Assembly (NCBI GenBank): GCA_951406725.2
Contig: OX597814.1
Location: 10,788,001-10,852,000 of the forward strand
Length of the DNA: 64,000 nt
DNA from: Octopus vulgaris
Taxonomy: Eukaryota
Direction of reading: 5' to 3'
Shown here: positions 28,611 through 41,492 of the stretch, one piece after another
Layout: the number at the start of each line of letters is the position of its first letter
Numbering within the stretch: the first letter of the stretch is position 1
Notes under the pieces: model-generated
The model's database searches: none
Told to the model about the DNA's origin: nothing
The model's input: only the letters and a program-made list of their open reading frames with translations
Program-made: the position numbers and the translations under genes

Positions 28611-28854
28611 ATATGAAAATGCATATATATATACGACGTGCTTCTTTCAGTTTCCGTCTACCAAACCCACTCACAAGGCTTTGGTCGGCCCCAGGCCATA
28701 ACAGAAAACAATTATCCAAGCTGTCATGCAGTGGGACTGAACCCGGAATCATATCGTTCGGAGGCAAGTTACTTACCACGCAGCCGCGCTAATGATGGAC
28801 TTTTAAAATCCAATGTTCTAGAAGTCAAGTCAATAAATATAATGAGTAGACAAA

Positions 28855-28884
28855 CACACATACGCACGTACATACATACATACA

Positions 28885-28918
<34 letters not shown>

Positions 28919-28983
28919 CATACATGCATACATACTTACATACATACATACATACATACATATATACATACATGCATACATAC

Positions 28984-29014
<31 letters not shown>

Positions 29015-29027
29015 CATACATACATCA

Positions 29028-29058
<31 letters not shown>

Positions 29059-29123
29059 CATACATGCATACATACTTACATACATACATACATACATACA
29101 TATATACATACATGCATACATAC

Positions 29124-29154
<31 letters not shown>

Positions 29155-29430
29155 CATACATCAATACATACTTACATACATACATACATACATACATATA
29201 TACATACATGCATACATACTTACATACATACATACATACATATATACATACATGCATACATACTTACATACATACATACTTACATGCATACATCAATACA
29301 TATATACATACACACATACTTACATGCATACATACATACATACATACATACATACATACATACATACATACATACATACATACATACATACATACATACA
29401 TACATACATACATACATACATACATACTTT
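28855..29430. repeat. (TACA)n tetranucleotide array with higher-order variant repeats
   Basis: Direct reading; recurring tatatacatacatgcatacatacttaca block. Confidence 0.9.
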
Positions 29431-29822
29431 TACACGTACACACATGCATACGTAAATACTCAGACACATTCACATATATACATATATATACATATACCTT
29501 TGAATAAACAGTATTTTGTACTCTCTTGCTTAACTGCAGGTCGCACCAGTATGAAACCACAACTATAATTCCAATCTGTGTACGCATGCGTGCATGTGTG
29601 CGTGTATGTGTGCATGTGTGCGTAAGTATGTGAGTGTTTATGCATGTATCATATGTACACTTACATTCACACTTAGATTGTAAACATATAGGCAGAAAGA
29701 TGAAACAAACGAAGTTATTTGTATATAGAAAAGGTATAGAGGAAATGATATATTAATACGATGAGGCGTACTCCCGCTGATCATATACATACATTATATA
29801 TGTATAAGCATATGCGTGTATG

Positions 29823-29907
<85 letters not shown>

Positions 29908-30071
29908 ATGCATATATATGTATATATGTACATATAGATATGTGTATATATGCATATATGTATATGTACATATACCAGAGTAAACACATAAATGCGAAAC
30001 AAGGTGGAAGAAATAGTACTCGAATACCACAGGTAGAGTAATAGGCTTTATTAAAAGAAGCAAAAATATAG

Positions 30072-30120
30072 CAAAAACTGTTACTCAGAGTTTCACGTGC
30101 CCGTTCTTCGAACATTTTTG
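30072..30120 (-). ncRNA. Type I hammerhead-like motif (variant core)
   Basis: Minus strand: caaaaatgt-TCGAAGA-acg ggca cgt-GAAA-ctctga-GTA-acagtttttg. Helices I (with one bulge), II and III all pair; the core differs from CUGANGA at two positions. Confidence 0.6.
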
Positions 30121-30250
30121 TTTATCTAAACTCCAATTCAAAACTGTCATGAACGTAAGTTTTTCTAATATTTTTGTTGCTTGTGTACCGTTGGCGATCC
30201 TTCCGGTTTTTTCCTCTGTCTTCCCTTCTCTGGATCTTTCCTTCTTCTAT

Positions 30251-30285
30251 GTTTCCGACGAAGAGCTCCGCTCGAAACGTTAAAC
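30251..30285 (+). ncRNA. Minimal type I hammerhead-like motif (Penelope-type)
   Basis: gttt-CCGACGA-a-gagc tcc gctc-GAAAC-GTT-aaac. Loopless palindromic helix III; U4C core change. Confidence 0.6.
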
Positions 30286-30424
30286 CCTCCTTCTTTCCTT
30301 CTTTCCTGAGCGTCCAATAATACTATATTTGTTCCACGTCCTCGCGTTATTGTGTTTTTTTTGTGCTTTCTTGTTTGGATTAACTATATATATATATACA
30401 CATACACACAGATACACACATACA

Positions 30425-30483
<59 letters not shown>

Positions 30484-31147
30484 GTATATATCTGTGTGTG
30501 TATACACATATACAGACACACACAAATATATATATACTTACATATACATAAATGCATGTACATAAATGTATATACATATGTGCATACATGAAACTATACA
30601 AACACAACTCGCTCCCTCTCTCTCCTTCTCTATATATAAATATATATACTTGCGTGCGTCTTATGAGGATACGTGTATATGCAAGTATATAATTTTCAAA
30701 CTCGTTATATTTACGTTTGTGTATACGTAAGAATGTCACTGTGTGTAAAGAGTGTGCATATGCGTGTACGTAGGCTAAGTCTGTATGGTTTTCTCTGTAT
30801 GTGTGTGTATGTTGGTGGCATACAAACTATGCAATGCATTTTTAAGCTGTGGCATACTTCATCATGTTACATCGGCTATAAAAATAAAAAATTAGAACAC
30901 TTTCATTTCCCGGATTCTAACGAAAAATGTTTGCCCACCCGGGCTGGTTGTAGAAGAAAATAAAGGAGAGAAAGAGAGAGATAGAGAGGTGAAAAAAAGA
31001 GGAAGAGGAAGATTAGAAGTGCGAAGTAGTAAACCCTTTTTTGAACAGTGTTGAATATTTGTTCTAAAATCACTTTTATCATGGGGATTTCTTTGCTCGT
31101 ATACACTCATACACTGTCTCACACACAGACATATATGCATGTGCATA

Positions 31148-31196
<49 letters not shown>

Positions 31197-31339
31197 AAAA
31201 AATTCTATAAACAAACGACCTAACGTATGCTGAATGTAAAAACGTACGGGAGACAAACAGAAAGTCCATAATTCTTCATCAGTTATCGACCATTGGCACT
31301 GTTCAGTTTCGCACCTTTAACGATAAGCTATATATATAT

Positions 31340-31648
31340 GGAGGTGCAACGGTCCAGTGGTTAGGGCAGCAGACTCGCGGTCGTAGGATCACGGTTTCGA
31401 TTCCCAGACCGGGCGTTGTGTGTGTTTATTGAGCGAAAACACCTAAAAGCTCTACGAGGCTCCGGCAGGGGGGGGGGGGTGATCCCTGCTGTACTCCTTC
31501 CCCACTCTTTCTCTCACTCTTTCTTCTGTTGGCCTGCTCGCTTAGCCAGCGAGGTGGCGTCATTTGAAGGCTAAAACAATGCGAATGCATTGTGACCAGC
31601 GATGTGTAGCAACATCTGATGGTCTGGTCGGTCACGTGATCATGTGAT
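31340..31648 (+). mobile_element. SINE family C (tRNA-derived head), full length
   Basis: A-box ggtccagtggttaggg, B-box ggtttcgattccc, tail gtcacgtgatcatgtga; highly similar to 57565-57872. Confidence 0.9.
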
Positions 31649-32910
31649 AACAATATATGGCTATAATAGTAATTACTGATGTCAAAACATTCGTCTAAAA
31701 ATTCTTAAAAGCGGTGCTCCAGCATGGCCGGTGTCTAATGACTGAAACATGTAAAAAATGAAGAGAAACGAAAAGAAAACGAAAAGAGAAAGATAGAACC
31801 GGAGAGAATAGAAGTGGTTAGGGAGAAATATGAAAGCCCGATACACTTGCAATATTTCTTGACTTACATTTACATACGTACTATTTGTTATGCGGAAATG
31901 AAAAGCTTTTTCAAGCTTTCAGTGTATGAGTTGAAACCTGTTGGCAAAAAAAAAAAAAGCAGAAAAATAAAAGGAAGAAAAACTGAACAGAAACACTTAG
32001 GTGTTTGCTAAAGCGAAGACTGCCATGCGGCTTGCTTCATGTCTTAAGTAGAAGTAAGAAGGTCTTCTTTTTAGTTGTTTCATGTTTTATGTAACGACTT
32101 GTCAGTGTTTGTCGATCAACCTTTCAATCTAACACCTCGGTCTATTCATACGTTTCTCATATATCTATCCATCTCTGTTTTTTTTCCAATATATGTTTAT
32201 ATTTTATATATATAGAATTATATTTGCATCTACATATATGTATATGTATGTATCTTGGCTTACATATATATACACACATACACATATACACACTTATGAA
32301 TATATATACAAAAACACATACACACTTATATATACATTCATATATACATACATGCATACATACATACGTGCATACATACATACAGACATAAAACACATAT
32401 ATAGTGAAAGGGAGAGACAGACAGAGGGAGCGTTATGAATTCATTCTTACATGCATACACACACAGTCGTGTGCTGTGTAATTTTATTTACATGTGTGTG
32501 TAATACGTATAAGTGAGTATGTTTTATAAGTTTACTAACTATCTTCAGTTATCTGTCGGTATGTCATTAAAGGTGTCCGTCTCTCTATAAGTATTTACGT
32601 TAATTCATACATTTGACGATAGCATTATATCTGTTTGGATATCTATCCATGTGTGCGTGTTTGTGTGTGTGTATGTGTGTATGCGTGCGTACGTGTGCGT
32701 GTGTGTGTGCGTGCGTGCGTAAACAGAGGATTCAATGTATCTAATCCATTTCTGCATCTATTCATATATTTCATTATGCATGTCTGGGCGTTTGTGTTGA
32801 TATATATATATATATTATATACCAATATCGAGCTTTTCCCTTTATGAATCTCTCTCACTCTCTCTTTTTCTCTCCCTCCTTCCTCCTTTGTGTGTGTGTG
32901 TCTCTCTCTC

Positions 32911-32941
<31 letters not shown>

Positions 32942-33767
32942 CACTCACTCTCTACCAATCTATTTATCTATCTACTTCGCTTCCGACCTCCTGATATTTC
33001 CTCTGCCTGCACAGATCCATCAATACGTTTATCTCCCTACCGGTTTATCTGTCTGACTGTCAATAGGTAGTTGTATGTATATCGCTCCCTCTCCATCATC
33101 ACCCCACTTTCATACCCGTACAATCACGTATACTATATAATTACTTACTACTTGTACAACACTATATATTGTTCGAATATCTTCCCCACTTTTTGCAGTG
33201 TTTTTCCCTATCTTTTACTTAACCTTTTTATCTGCTTCTTTTCGCTGTCCTATTTTTCTACCTTTCGCCAACAATTTTCTTAAAGCAATTTAGCAAAGCA
33301 TGCTTCAGCAGCAATACTTTGCAAGCAAAGATAATGTAGCGAAGTGAAAGGCAAAACTAATGGTGAAATGGGAGAAGTTTGACGGGAAATAAAAGACAAA
33401 AATGAAACAAACAAAATATACATGCAACATAAAAGACAGCTAAATAAATAAATAAATGAAAAGGTGTGTGATGGGCAATTCACATCCGGACGTACGTTTT
33501 GACAGCAAAAGTGTGGACGAGTAGGAAGCTCGCTGTCATGAAGGCGCGGAGCGATCTGTCAGTTGGCGCAAAGATGCAAAATAGGTCCGTAGACGTTTGC
33601 GCTAAAATTGCAGCCGACATTTCACTGTGATGTGAAAATGAAGTAGAAAAAAAGCAAAAACAAAAAAAAAAACAATACGAGGAGTGAAAAGGATAAAGAA
33701 CATCACAGGGGAAAATGTGGAAAGGTAGAAAGTAAAGCATAAACAACGACGAAAACAGCAATAAACC

Positions 33768-34000
33768 TATTTCTTTATTACCCACAAGGGGCTAAACATA
33801 GAGGGGACAAACAAGGACAGACATAGGTATTAAGTCGATTACATCGACCCCAGTGCGTAACTGGTACTTAATTTATCGACCCCGAAAGGATGAAAGGCAA
33901 AGTCGACCTCGGCGGAATTTGAACTCAGAACGTAACGGCAGACGAAATACCGCTAAGCATTTCGCCCGGCATGCTAACGATTCTGCCAGCTCGCCGCCTT
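33768..34000 (-). mobile_element. Full-length young SINE B with 18-bp TSD
   Basis: TSD cgaaaacagcaataaacc at 33750-33767 and 34001-34018. Confidence 0.92.
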
Positions 34001-34094
34001 CGAAAACAGCAATAAACCACGAAACGGAAGACCTATCATGTATACCTGCATAGACATACGCACACGCACATACATGCGTATGTATTATCTATTG

Positions 34095-34485
34095 TTTTAT
34101 TTGTTTCAGTCATTAGACTGCGACCATGCTGGGGCATTGTCTTGAGTGATTGCAGTCGAACGAATTGACCCCAATACATTTGTTTTTTCTTTTATAGACC
34201 GGATATTTTTTATCGCTTACTTTCGTTAAATCGTTAAATTATCGGAAGGCAAACACACCAACACCGGTTGACAAGTGTTGGTGGGGAACAAACATAGGCA
34301 CAGACACATGTGTGTATGTGTATGTACATATACTGCGAGCTTCTTGCAGTGTCCGTCTACTAAATCCATACACAAGGCTTTGGTTAACCTCAGGCTATCG
34401 GAGAAGGCACTCACCCAAGATGCTGCTATGCAGTGGGACTGAACTCGGAACCATGTATTTGGGGAAACAAGCTTCTTACCACACA
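34095..34485 (-). mobile_element. SINE family A (diverged)
   Basis: tttgtttcagtcattagactgcgaccatgctgggg ... gcagtgggactgaactcggaaccatgt..cttaccacac. Confidence 0.75.
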
Positions 34486-34512
34486 TCATTAAAGTAGTCA
34501 GTAATATATACA

Positions 34513-35270
34513 TACAGGGTGCGGTGAATAAATTGTCGTCGAAATTACGCAAAAAGGAAAATAACACTGCCATCTCATTTTAACAAATACATGAGGAATA
34601 CCGAATGTCTTCAGGTACTACCTGCTTGATAAGAAACTCAGACACTCCTATGTCCCCGGCGATGGACCTGATTCACTTAGAGGGATCGATGTCAATAAGT
34701 CTGGATCTCAGGAGTTCTTTTCCTAGTGAATTTTTCGAGGTGCTATATCTATTTCTTTATTACCCACAAGGGGCTAAACACAGAGAGGACAAACAAGGAC
34801 AGACAAACTGATTAAGTCGATTATATCGTCCAGTGCGTAACTGGTACTTAATTTATCCACTCCGAAAGGATGAAAGGTAAAGTCGACCTCGGCGGAATTT
34901 GAACTCAGAACGTAACGGCAGACGAAATACTGCTAAGCATTTCGCCCGGCGTGCTAACGTTTCTGCCAGCTCGCTATACCTTCGTAATCACCATTAGACT
35001 CATCAAACTCTTTCCGAATCCTCTGCACTGACCTCCGATTGAACCCAAACACTGAAATGTTCGTATTCGAGCTTTCGGTGCGAATGCCAAGCAGTACAAC
35101 ATGTTGTTTCTAAATTTCTGGCAGAGTGAATTGCGTGATGGTGCTGTATTTCTCTCTGGCTGTGCCCAACTGACCCTACTATACTGTGAAGCCGACAAAA
35201 TAAGCAACAAACAATGCGCATGCAGGAAATTAAAAATATAAAATGGCGATAATTTACCCATCACACCCTG
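34513..35270 (-). mobile_element. Tc1/mariner-type non-autonomous element carrying a SINE B insertion
   Basis: TIRs cagggtgcggtgaataaattgtcgtc and ggcgataatttacccatcacaccctg; SINE B at about 34749-34973. Confidence 0.7.
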
Positions 35271-35312
35271 AGTGCGTGCGTGACACAGACAAAAACAGGT
35301 ATACTAAATACC

Positions 35313-35545
35313 TATTTCTTTACTATCCACAGGGGGCTAAACACAGAGAGGACAAACAAGCATAGACAAACGATTTAAGTCGATTATATCGGCCCCAGTG
35401 CGTAACTGGTACTTATTTAATCGAGCCCGAAAGGATGAAAGGCAAAGTCGACCTCGGCGGAATTTGAACTCAGAAAGTAGCGACAGACGAAATACGGCTA
35501 CGCATTTCGCCCGGCGTGCTAACGTTTCTGACAGATCGCCGCCTT
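35313..35545 (-). mobile_element. Young SINE B with 16-bp TSD
   Basis: TSD aggtatacta(a/t)atacc at 35297-35312 and 35548-35563. Confidence 0.9.
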
Positions 35546-36219
35546 AGAGGTATACTATATACCAAATTTTTGAATTATTTGTATTATTTCAACCTCTAGA
35601 AGAGTGGGTATAATTATGATAGGGCGGTGGGGGCGGTGTTGTGGTAGAGCTGTTGGTGGTGTCAGCGACGGCGGCGGTGGCAGCGTTGATTGTAGTCATG
35701 CAAAATATGATTGTCATAAAATGGTGACAAAATAGTGTTTGCTGCTGTTGTTGTCCTTGACCAAATATATTCCAGATATGACCATCATGTCAGTCTCCTT
35801 CCGTGTAGAGGGAGTCTTGACAAAGTTACCCAAAGTTCCCATATCTAAAATGTCGAAAATATCCGGTTACTATTTCTAGCAGACCGAACAACCACATAGA
35901 GGCTTCATCATTAGCCCGTTAAACAGTGGTGGAGGGTAGAGATAGTATTTGTGTTAGAGGCAGCAAGAAGGAGTTAAGCAATTAGTCGTAGGATCGCCAA
36001 TGTTAGTGACAGGCTGTGATAAGAGTGTAGGTAAGGTGACAGTGGAGGGTGACACTACGTAGTTCAAGATGATGATGATGATGATTGTGATCGTGATCAT
36101 TATGGTGGTGGTGGTGGTGGCCACCGTTGTCGTCCTGTTGATAGTAGTGGTGCGGCGGGGGAGGAGGTGATGCTGATGACAACGATGATGATGACGGTGG
36201 TGATGATGATGATGATGAT

Positions 36220-36264
<45 letters not shown>

Positions 36265-36277
36265 GCGGTGGTGATGA

Positions 36278-36311
<34 letters not shown>

Positions 36312-36381
36312 GGTGGTGGTGGTGGTGGTGATGATGATGATGATGGTGGTGGTGATGATGATGATGATGATGATTATGATG

Positions 36382-36412
<31 letters not shown>

Positions 36413-36914
36413 CGACGTCAACAACGAGGGCCATTTTTGATGATAAAGAACGGGGTGGTTTATAAGGAAGGTGATTGGCGATGTTTTGTATTGTGATTAT
36501 TATTGGTGGTGTGTGGTCTGTAGTCAACTACTTGTTGTTTAAAGTGTAGGTGTGTATGTCCATGGTGTACGGTGCTGCTGCGTGGGTTGTCATTCCGACA
36601 TGATCCGTTGTGTAAAGTGTTAGAATTTAATCTATAAACTAGGGTGAAGCAGACAGATAGGGAGACAGACAAGTAGATATTGAGAATGAGAGAGGAAGAG
36701 ACAGAGAGAAAAAAAAAGAGAGAGAGACAGAGAGAGAGAGTGAGAGACAGACAGACTGGCTGACAAACAGACATACAGAGATTTCTTCAACCACAAACAC
36801 ACACACAGGTATATAACACATACAGGTGCATGCTTGTAAATACATGTATGCATTTATATATACACATGTAATTATAAACATACACACACGTACACATATA
36901 CACAAATGCATATA

Positions 36915-36945
<31 letters not shown>

Positions 36946-37009
36946 GTATGTATATATGTACATGTATATACATATATATATATGTATATATATACATATA
37001 TATATATAC

Positions 37010-37079
<70 letters not shown>

Positions 37080-37715
37080 ACCGCTCTACTTCTTAGAGTG
37101 TGCTACTCCGGATTTAAGTCTTTCTAGAAACGATATATATATATACATGGTGCTCCAGAATGGCTGCAGTCAAATGACAGGAGCAAAAGAAGAATATATA
37201 TATATATACATGTAGATGCTTACATATGCACGAGTACGTGTGTGTGTGTATGTGTGTATGCGCGTGTTTGTGTCTCTCTGTGTGTGTGTGTATGCACGTG
37301 TATGTGTATGTGTGCGTTGTGTGTACATACACATCGACACACGTGTATGTTTGTTTATGCAAGAGAGATACCGAGAGAGAAGAGAGAGAAAAGCAACATT
37401 AAAATATATACATTGAGAGAATGAGAGAAAGAAGGAATGATAGTAGAAAAAATACATTAAAGTTTGAGTTGGAGGTGTAGAGTGATAACTGCCGGAAGCT
37501 AGAGTTTATTTGGCTTATCCTTTGGGGGTAGTCAGTTGTCAGCAAGTTCCAGGTATGTTACCAGCGGAAGTGGCTTTAGGCCATGGTGAAGAAGGACCGA
37601 ACCGATAAAACCGAGATCGTCTGACGCCACTTACCTCCCTTGTAGTTGACATTGGCAGTTGCCTGGCACTTAGACACGAGTCTCACTCTAACGACCACAC
37701 GCACGCCGGACCAAA

Positions 37716-37798
<83 letters not shown>

Positions 37799-38174
37799 AC
37801 TTGTGGTTGTGTGTATGTTGTCTCGTCGGCCAGAATTAAAGTTAGAATTGTATGTATATATATATATATACACACAATACCGGGGCACAAACACAGTTTG
37901 TGCGAACAAGTTCACCCTGTCAACTCTCCGACAGGTGGCGTCATCATTTCGAGCTAAATTACAGGTTACTGGAATGTGTCCAAATCAATCCTTTCGTCGC
38001 CATATTTCCATTGTAACGCACCATTGTAACGCACCACCTTTCTTCATTTGAATTTTAAAATAATGAAGAATTTAGTAAATTAGCTGTCATCTCATTACAA
38101 TAACGTGGGGACGGCGATCTTGAAGAATCGTTAAAGAGTGGGAGAAAATGGTTTGCGGTATATTTGTTCTCCTT

Positions 38175-38636
38175 TTTCTTTTACTTGTTTCAGTCATTTG
38201 ACTGCGGCCATGCTGGAGCACCGCCTTTTAGTCGAGCAAATCGACCCCGGGACTTATTCTTTTGCAAGCACAGTACTTATTCTATCGGTCTCTTTTGCCG
38301 AAACGCTAGGTGACGGGGACGTAAACACACCAGCATCGGTTGTCAAGCAATGCTAGGGAGACAAACACATACACACACATACATATATATATATATACAT
38401 ATATACTTTGATACTTTGATAGGTTTCGGCCATTATTGGCCCAGGCCATGTCTAACTTAATAGCACCACCTGGTGCTATATACGACAGGCTTCTTTCAGT
38501 TTCCGTCTACCAAATCCACTCACAAGGCATTGGTCGGTCCGGGCTATAGCAGAAGACACTTGCCCAAGGTGCCACGCAGTGGGACTGAACCCGGAACCAT
38601 GTGGTTGGTTAGCAAGCTACTTACCACACAGCCACG
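38175..38636 (-). mobile_element. SINE family A containing a short LINE-type 3' end (about 38403-38478) in its TA tract
   Basis: A tail and head both present. The insert reads on the minus strand ggtggtgct..catggcctgggccaataatggccgaaacc(tatcaaag)2. Confidence 0.8.
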
Positions 38637-39175
38637 GGTATTTATGTTCTTAGTTTTAAATCCCGCCAAGAACATTTCTTTTCATCCTTTCATAATTCAT
38701 AATACGAAGTACTAATTAGCATAGTGGTGTCAATGTAACCGACTAACCTGCTTTCCTTTAAAAATTTCAGGCATTAAAACAGAATTTGAAACGGTTATTA
38801 ATCTGGTATTTTGGAATATAAATTGATATAAATTTGGATACAAGGTTTTAATATACATCATTTTAAAACATGGAATATGTGTCATAGAATCAGGGGAAAT
38901 GTTAAGCGTGTTCGTGTTAAAAGAGTTACACATACTAGTGATAGTCGAATAACGAACTATTAAAATTTTATTGAAATTCACAGATATTAAACTCGCTTTT
39001 AATTGGTGGTTAAGTTACTGGTCTGCTAAAAAGATACATTGTGAAAGTAGTGTTTGTAGGGCAGTATTGATAGTTATTTGTCAAAAAAAAAATAATATCG
39101 CGGGTACGATAATGTTCTAAAAACAATAATGTTTTTTGCACATGCACACTATGTGTGTATGAATGAATATATAAA

Positions 39176-39233
<58 letters not shown>

Positions 39234-39255
39234 TATATGCATACACATATGTGTA

Positions 39256-39306
<51 letters not shown>

Positions 39307-39329
39307 CTCTCCTTGTTTTTTCTGTGTCC

Positions 39330-39365
39330 CTTTCTGTAGAAGAGCATAGGCTCGAAACGTAAAAG
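39330..39365 (+). ncRNA. Minimal type I hammerhead-like motif (Penelope-type)
   Basis: cttt-CTGTAGA-a-gagc atag gctc-GAAAC-GTA-aaag, within a roughly 150-bp element between (TA)n tracts (39304-39455). A6 is mutated to T. Confidence 0.55.
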
Positions 39366-39869
39366 ACTTTTTCTATTCCTGAGCGTTATACTAATACATC
39401 TGTTTGTTTTGTACACCACCTGTCTTCGTCTTTTGTTTTTTTCGTAAACTCTCCCTATATATATATATATATATATATACACATACATACATACATTATG
39501 GCTGCCTCCTCGTTATCGAGTATAGCCATTGCACGAAGCTTAACTGTTACTGGTGCTGTGATCGAATGTGACATTTTAGCCCAGCTAAAGATCTACAATG
39601 TCTTGTACAGAATTGGCAACTAATACCTTTATACTGTTTTGGTACGTCATTGATTTTTTGCTTTTTAAGGCTACAGCCAGCCATTCAGTTGAGACTCACA
39701 GTGCCATCAACAATCATGAATTAGTTAATCAATTTAATCAATCAATCAATGATGTTATCGTGCAATGCTTGTGCAAGAAGATTTTTTTTAAATGAGGAAA
39801 GGCTGTGCACTGAGTCAATCCCACTCACTAAGCAACAGCAGCCATAATCCGAAAAGAAGAACAAGTCAA

Positions 39870-40195
39870 CATCATCGGTAACCACTGAGCCGCAGGTTTC
39901 ATGTCGTAGTTATCCCATTTACCTGAGTTACCTTCTCCTAGAGGGATGCCCTAACAAAGGCTAGGAGTCCTTCACTCCCAATGGTTTAACCGCGCGATCG
40001 GGTATTCAGTCCGATTATTTCTATGTCCCCGCGCATGATACATCCTTAAGACATTTATTGGATGGCCGTTGACTCTCAAAAGTTCCTCCGCCCTTTGACG
40101 GGTTTTGTTTTTCATCCCGCAGGGTGTCCAATAAACACCCTCCTCACCAAGCAAGCTTGGTGTGGTTGCCTGTTTAGTCGCCGACAACCCGACCA
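39870..40195 (-). mobile_element. Probable RTE-type LINE 5' UTR fragment
   Basis: Begins ggtcgggttgtcggcgactaaacaggca like 59538; contains gggcatccctctaggagaaggtaactc, resembling RTE/Expander 5' UTRs. Confidence 0.45.
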
Positions 40196-40932
40196 TAAAT
40201 ACATACATATGTGTGTCTGTGTGTGCGCAACACTGCATACATACACACACACACATACACATGCATACACCAGTCTATACAGATATCCACAGACCTCCAA
40301 GACTGTTTTGATTTAAACAAACAGAAACGCGCCAATTAGTTAGCGACTGACTTAATTCTGCAACGGAAAAGCGTTAAATAAATCAAAGAAAATTACAAAT
40401 ATACATTACACACACACAGACACACCTACGCGTAATGCTTATATATAGGCGCTAGTATCGCAATATGGTTAAGTTGCTCGCATTGCAATCTCGTGGTTTC
40501 GGATTCATTCCCATTGTGTGGCACCTGGGGCAAGTATCTTTTATTATAGCCCTAGGACGACCAATGACTTTTGAGTGAATTTGCTGGAAGGGGTCTGAAT
40601 GGAAGCCCTTGTATCTATATGAGTAATTGTGGTCCTGTTCCTTGTTCATTAGCCACCACCACTTGACAGCCGCTTGATTCTGGTATACGCACTTAGCAGT
40701 TCGGCAAAAGCATTTTGTAGAATACGTACCAGGTTAAAAAAAAGAAAATAGCGACAAGTGTTGATTTGTTCGACCAAAACCTTTAAGGCGGTTCCCTAAC
40801 AAGGCCACAGTCCAATGACTGAACAACTAAAAATAAGAGATGAAAGATGGAGGTTGTATTTCCTGGTGCTATGAAGATTAACTTGCAAATTAGATAAGCA
40901 ATAGCTGCATTGCAAGGATTGTCTGTAGTACC

Positions 40933-41131
40933 TATTTCTTTACTACCCACAAGGGGCTAAACACAGAGGGGACAAAGAAGGACAGACAAACGGATTAAGT
41001 CGATTATATCGACCCCAGTGCGTAACTGGTACTTATTTAATCGACCCCGGCGGAATTTGAACGCAGAACGTAACGGCAGACAAAATGCGGCTAGGCATTT
41101 CGCCTGGCGTGCTAACGTTTCTGCCAGCTCG
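40933..41131 (-). mobile_element. Young SINE B with internal deletion and TSD
   Basis: gattgtctgtagtacc at 40917-40932 and 41144-41159, plus an extra partial copy at 41131-41142. Confidence 0.85.
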
Positions 41132-41492
41132 TCTGTAATACCAGATTGTCTGTAGTACCTTTATGTAAAAGCCTTAAGCGCTTGCAAACTTTTCCAAAAA
41201 AAAAAAACCCTTGCAACAGACTGCAACAGAAACCAAAACCAGTGGCACAGCAGATACTCCCTCGAAAACCAAACACGAATACCACGAATACCACTACAAG
41301 AACCAAAGAGAAATTTAACGAAGAGCGACTCGTTAACCTACGCAGAAACATACTGGGACAACGTAGTCGCTCGGTGCATAGCGTGGATTTGAAAAAGTGA
41401 CATATTGAATCCTTACTTGAACACAACAATAATCAATATCATCCCACCCTTACACCTTCTCGCTAACTCGAAATTGTATCTTAGACGCATAT

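Larger units (their letters stand above)
27772..28790 (-). mobile_element. SINE family A split by nested insertions in its internal (TA)n
   Basis: 3' half at 27772-27990 and 5' half at 28633-28790, with a palindromic element and a LINE 3' end between them. Confidence 0.7.

Noticed and set aside
31340-31415. tRNA-like sequence (A/B boxes, TCG-containing loop), also at 57565, 41810-41880 and SINE A/B heads
   Set aside because: These are SINE heads continuing into SINE bodies; no complete cloverleaf with acceptor stem.
33470-33640. CpG-rich unique stretch as a possible coding exon
   Set aside because: Open frames are short and give no recognisable protein; splice signals are not evident.
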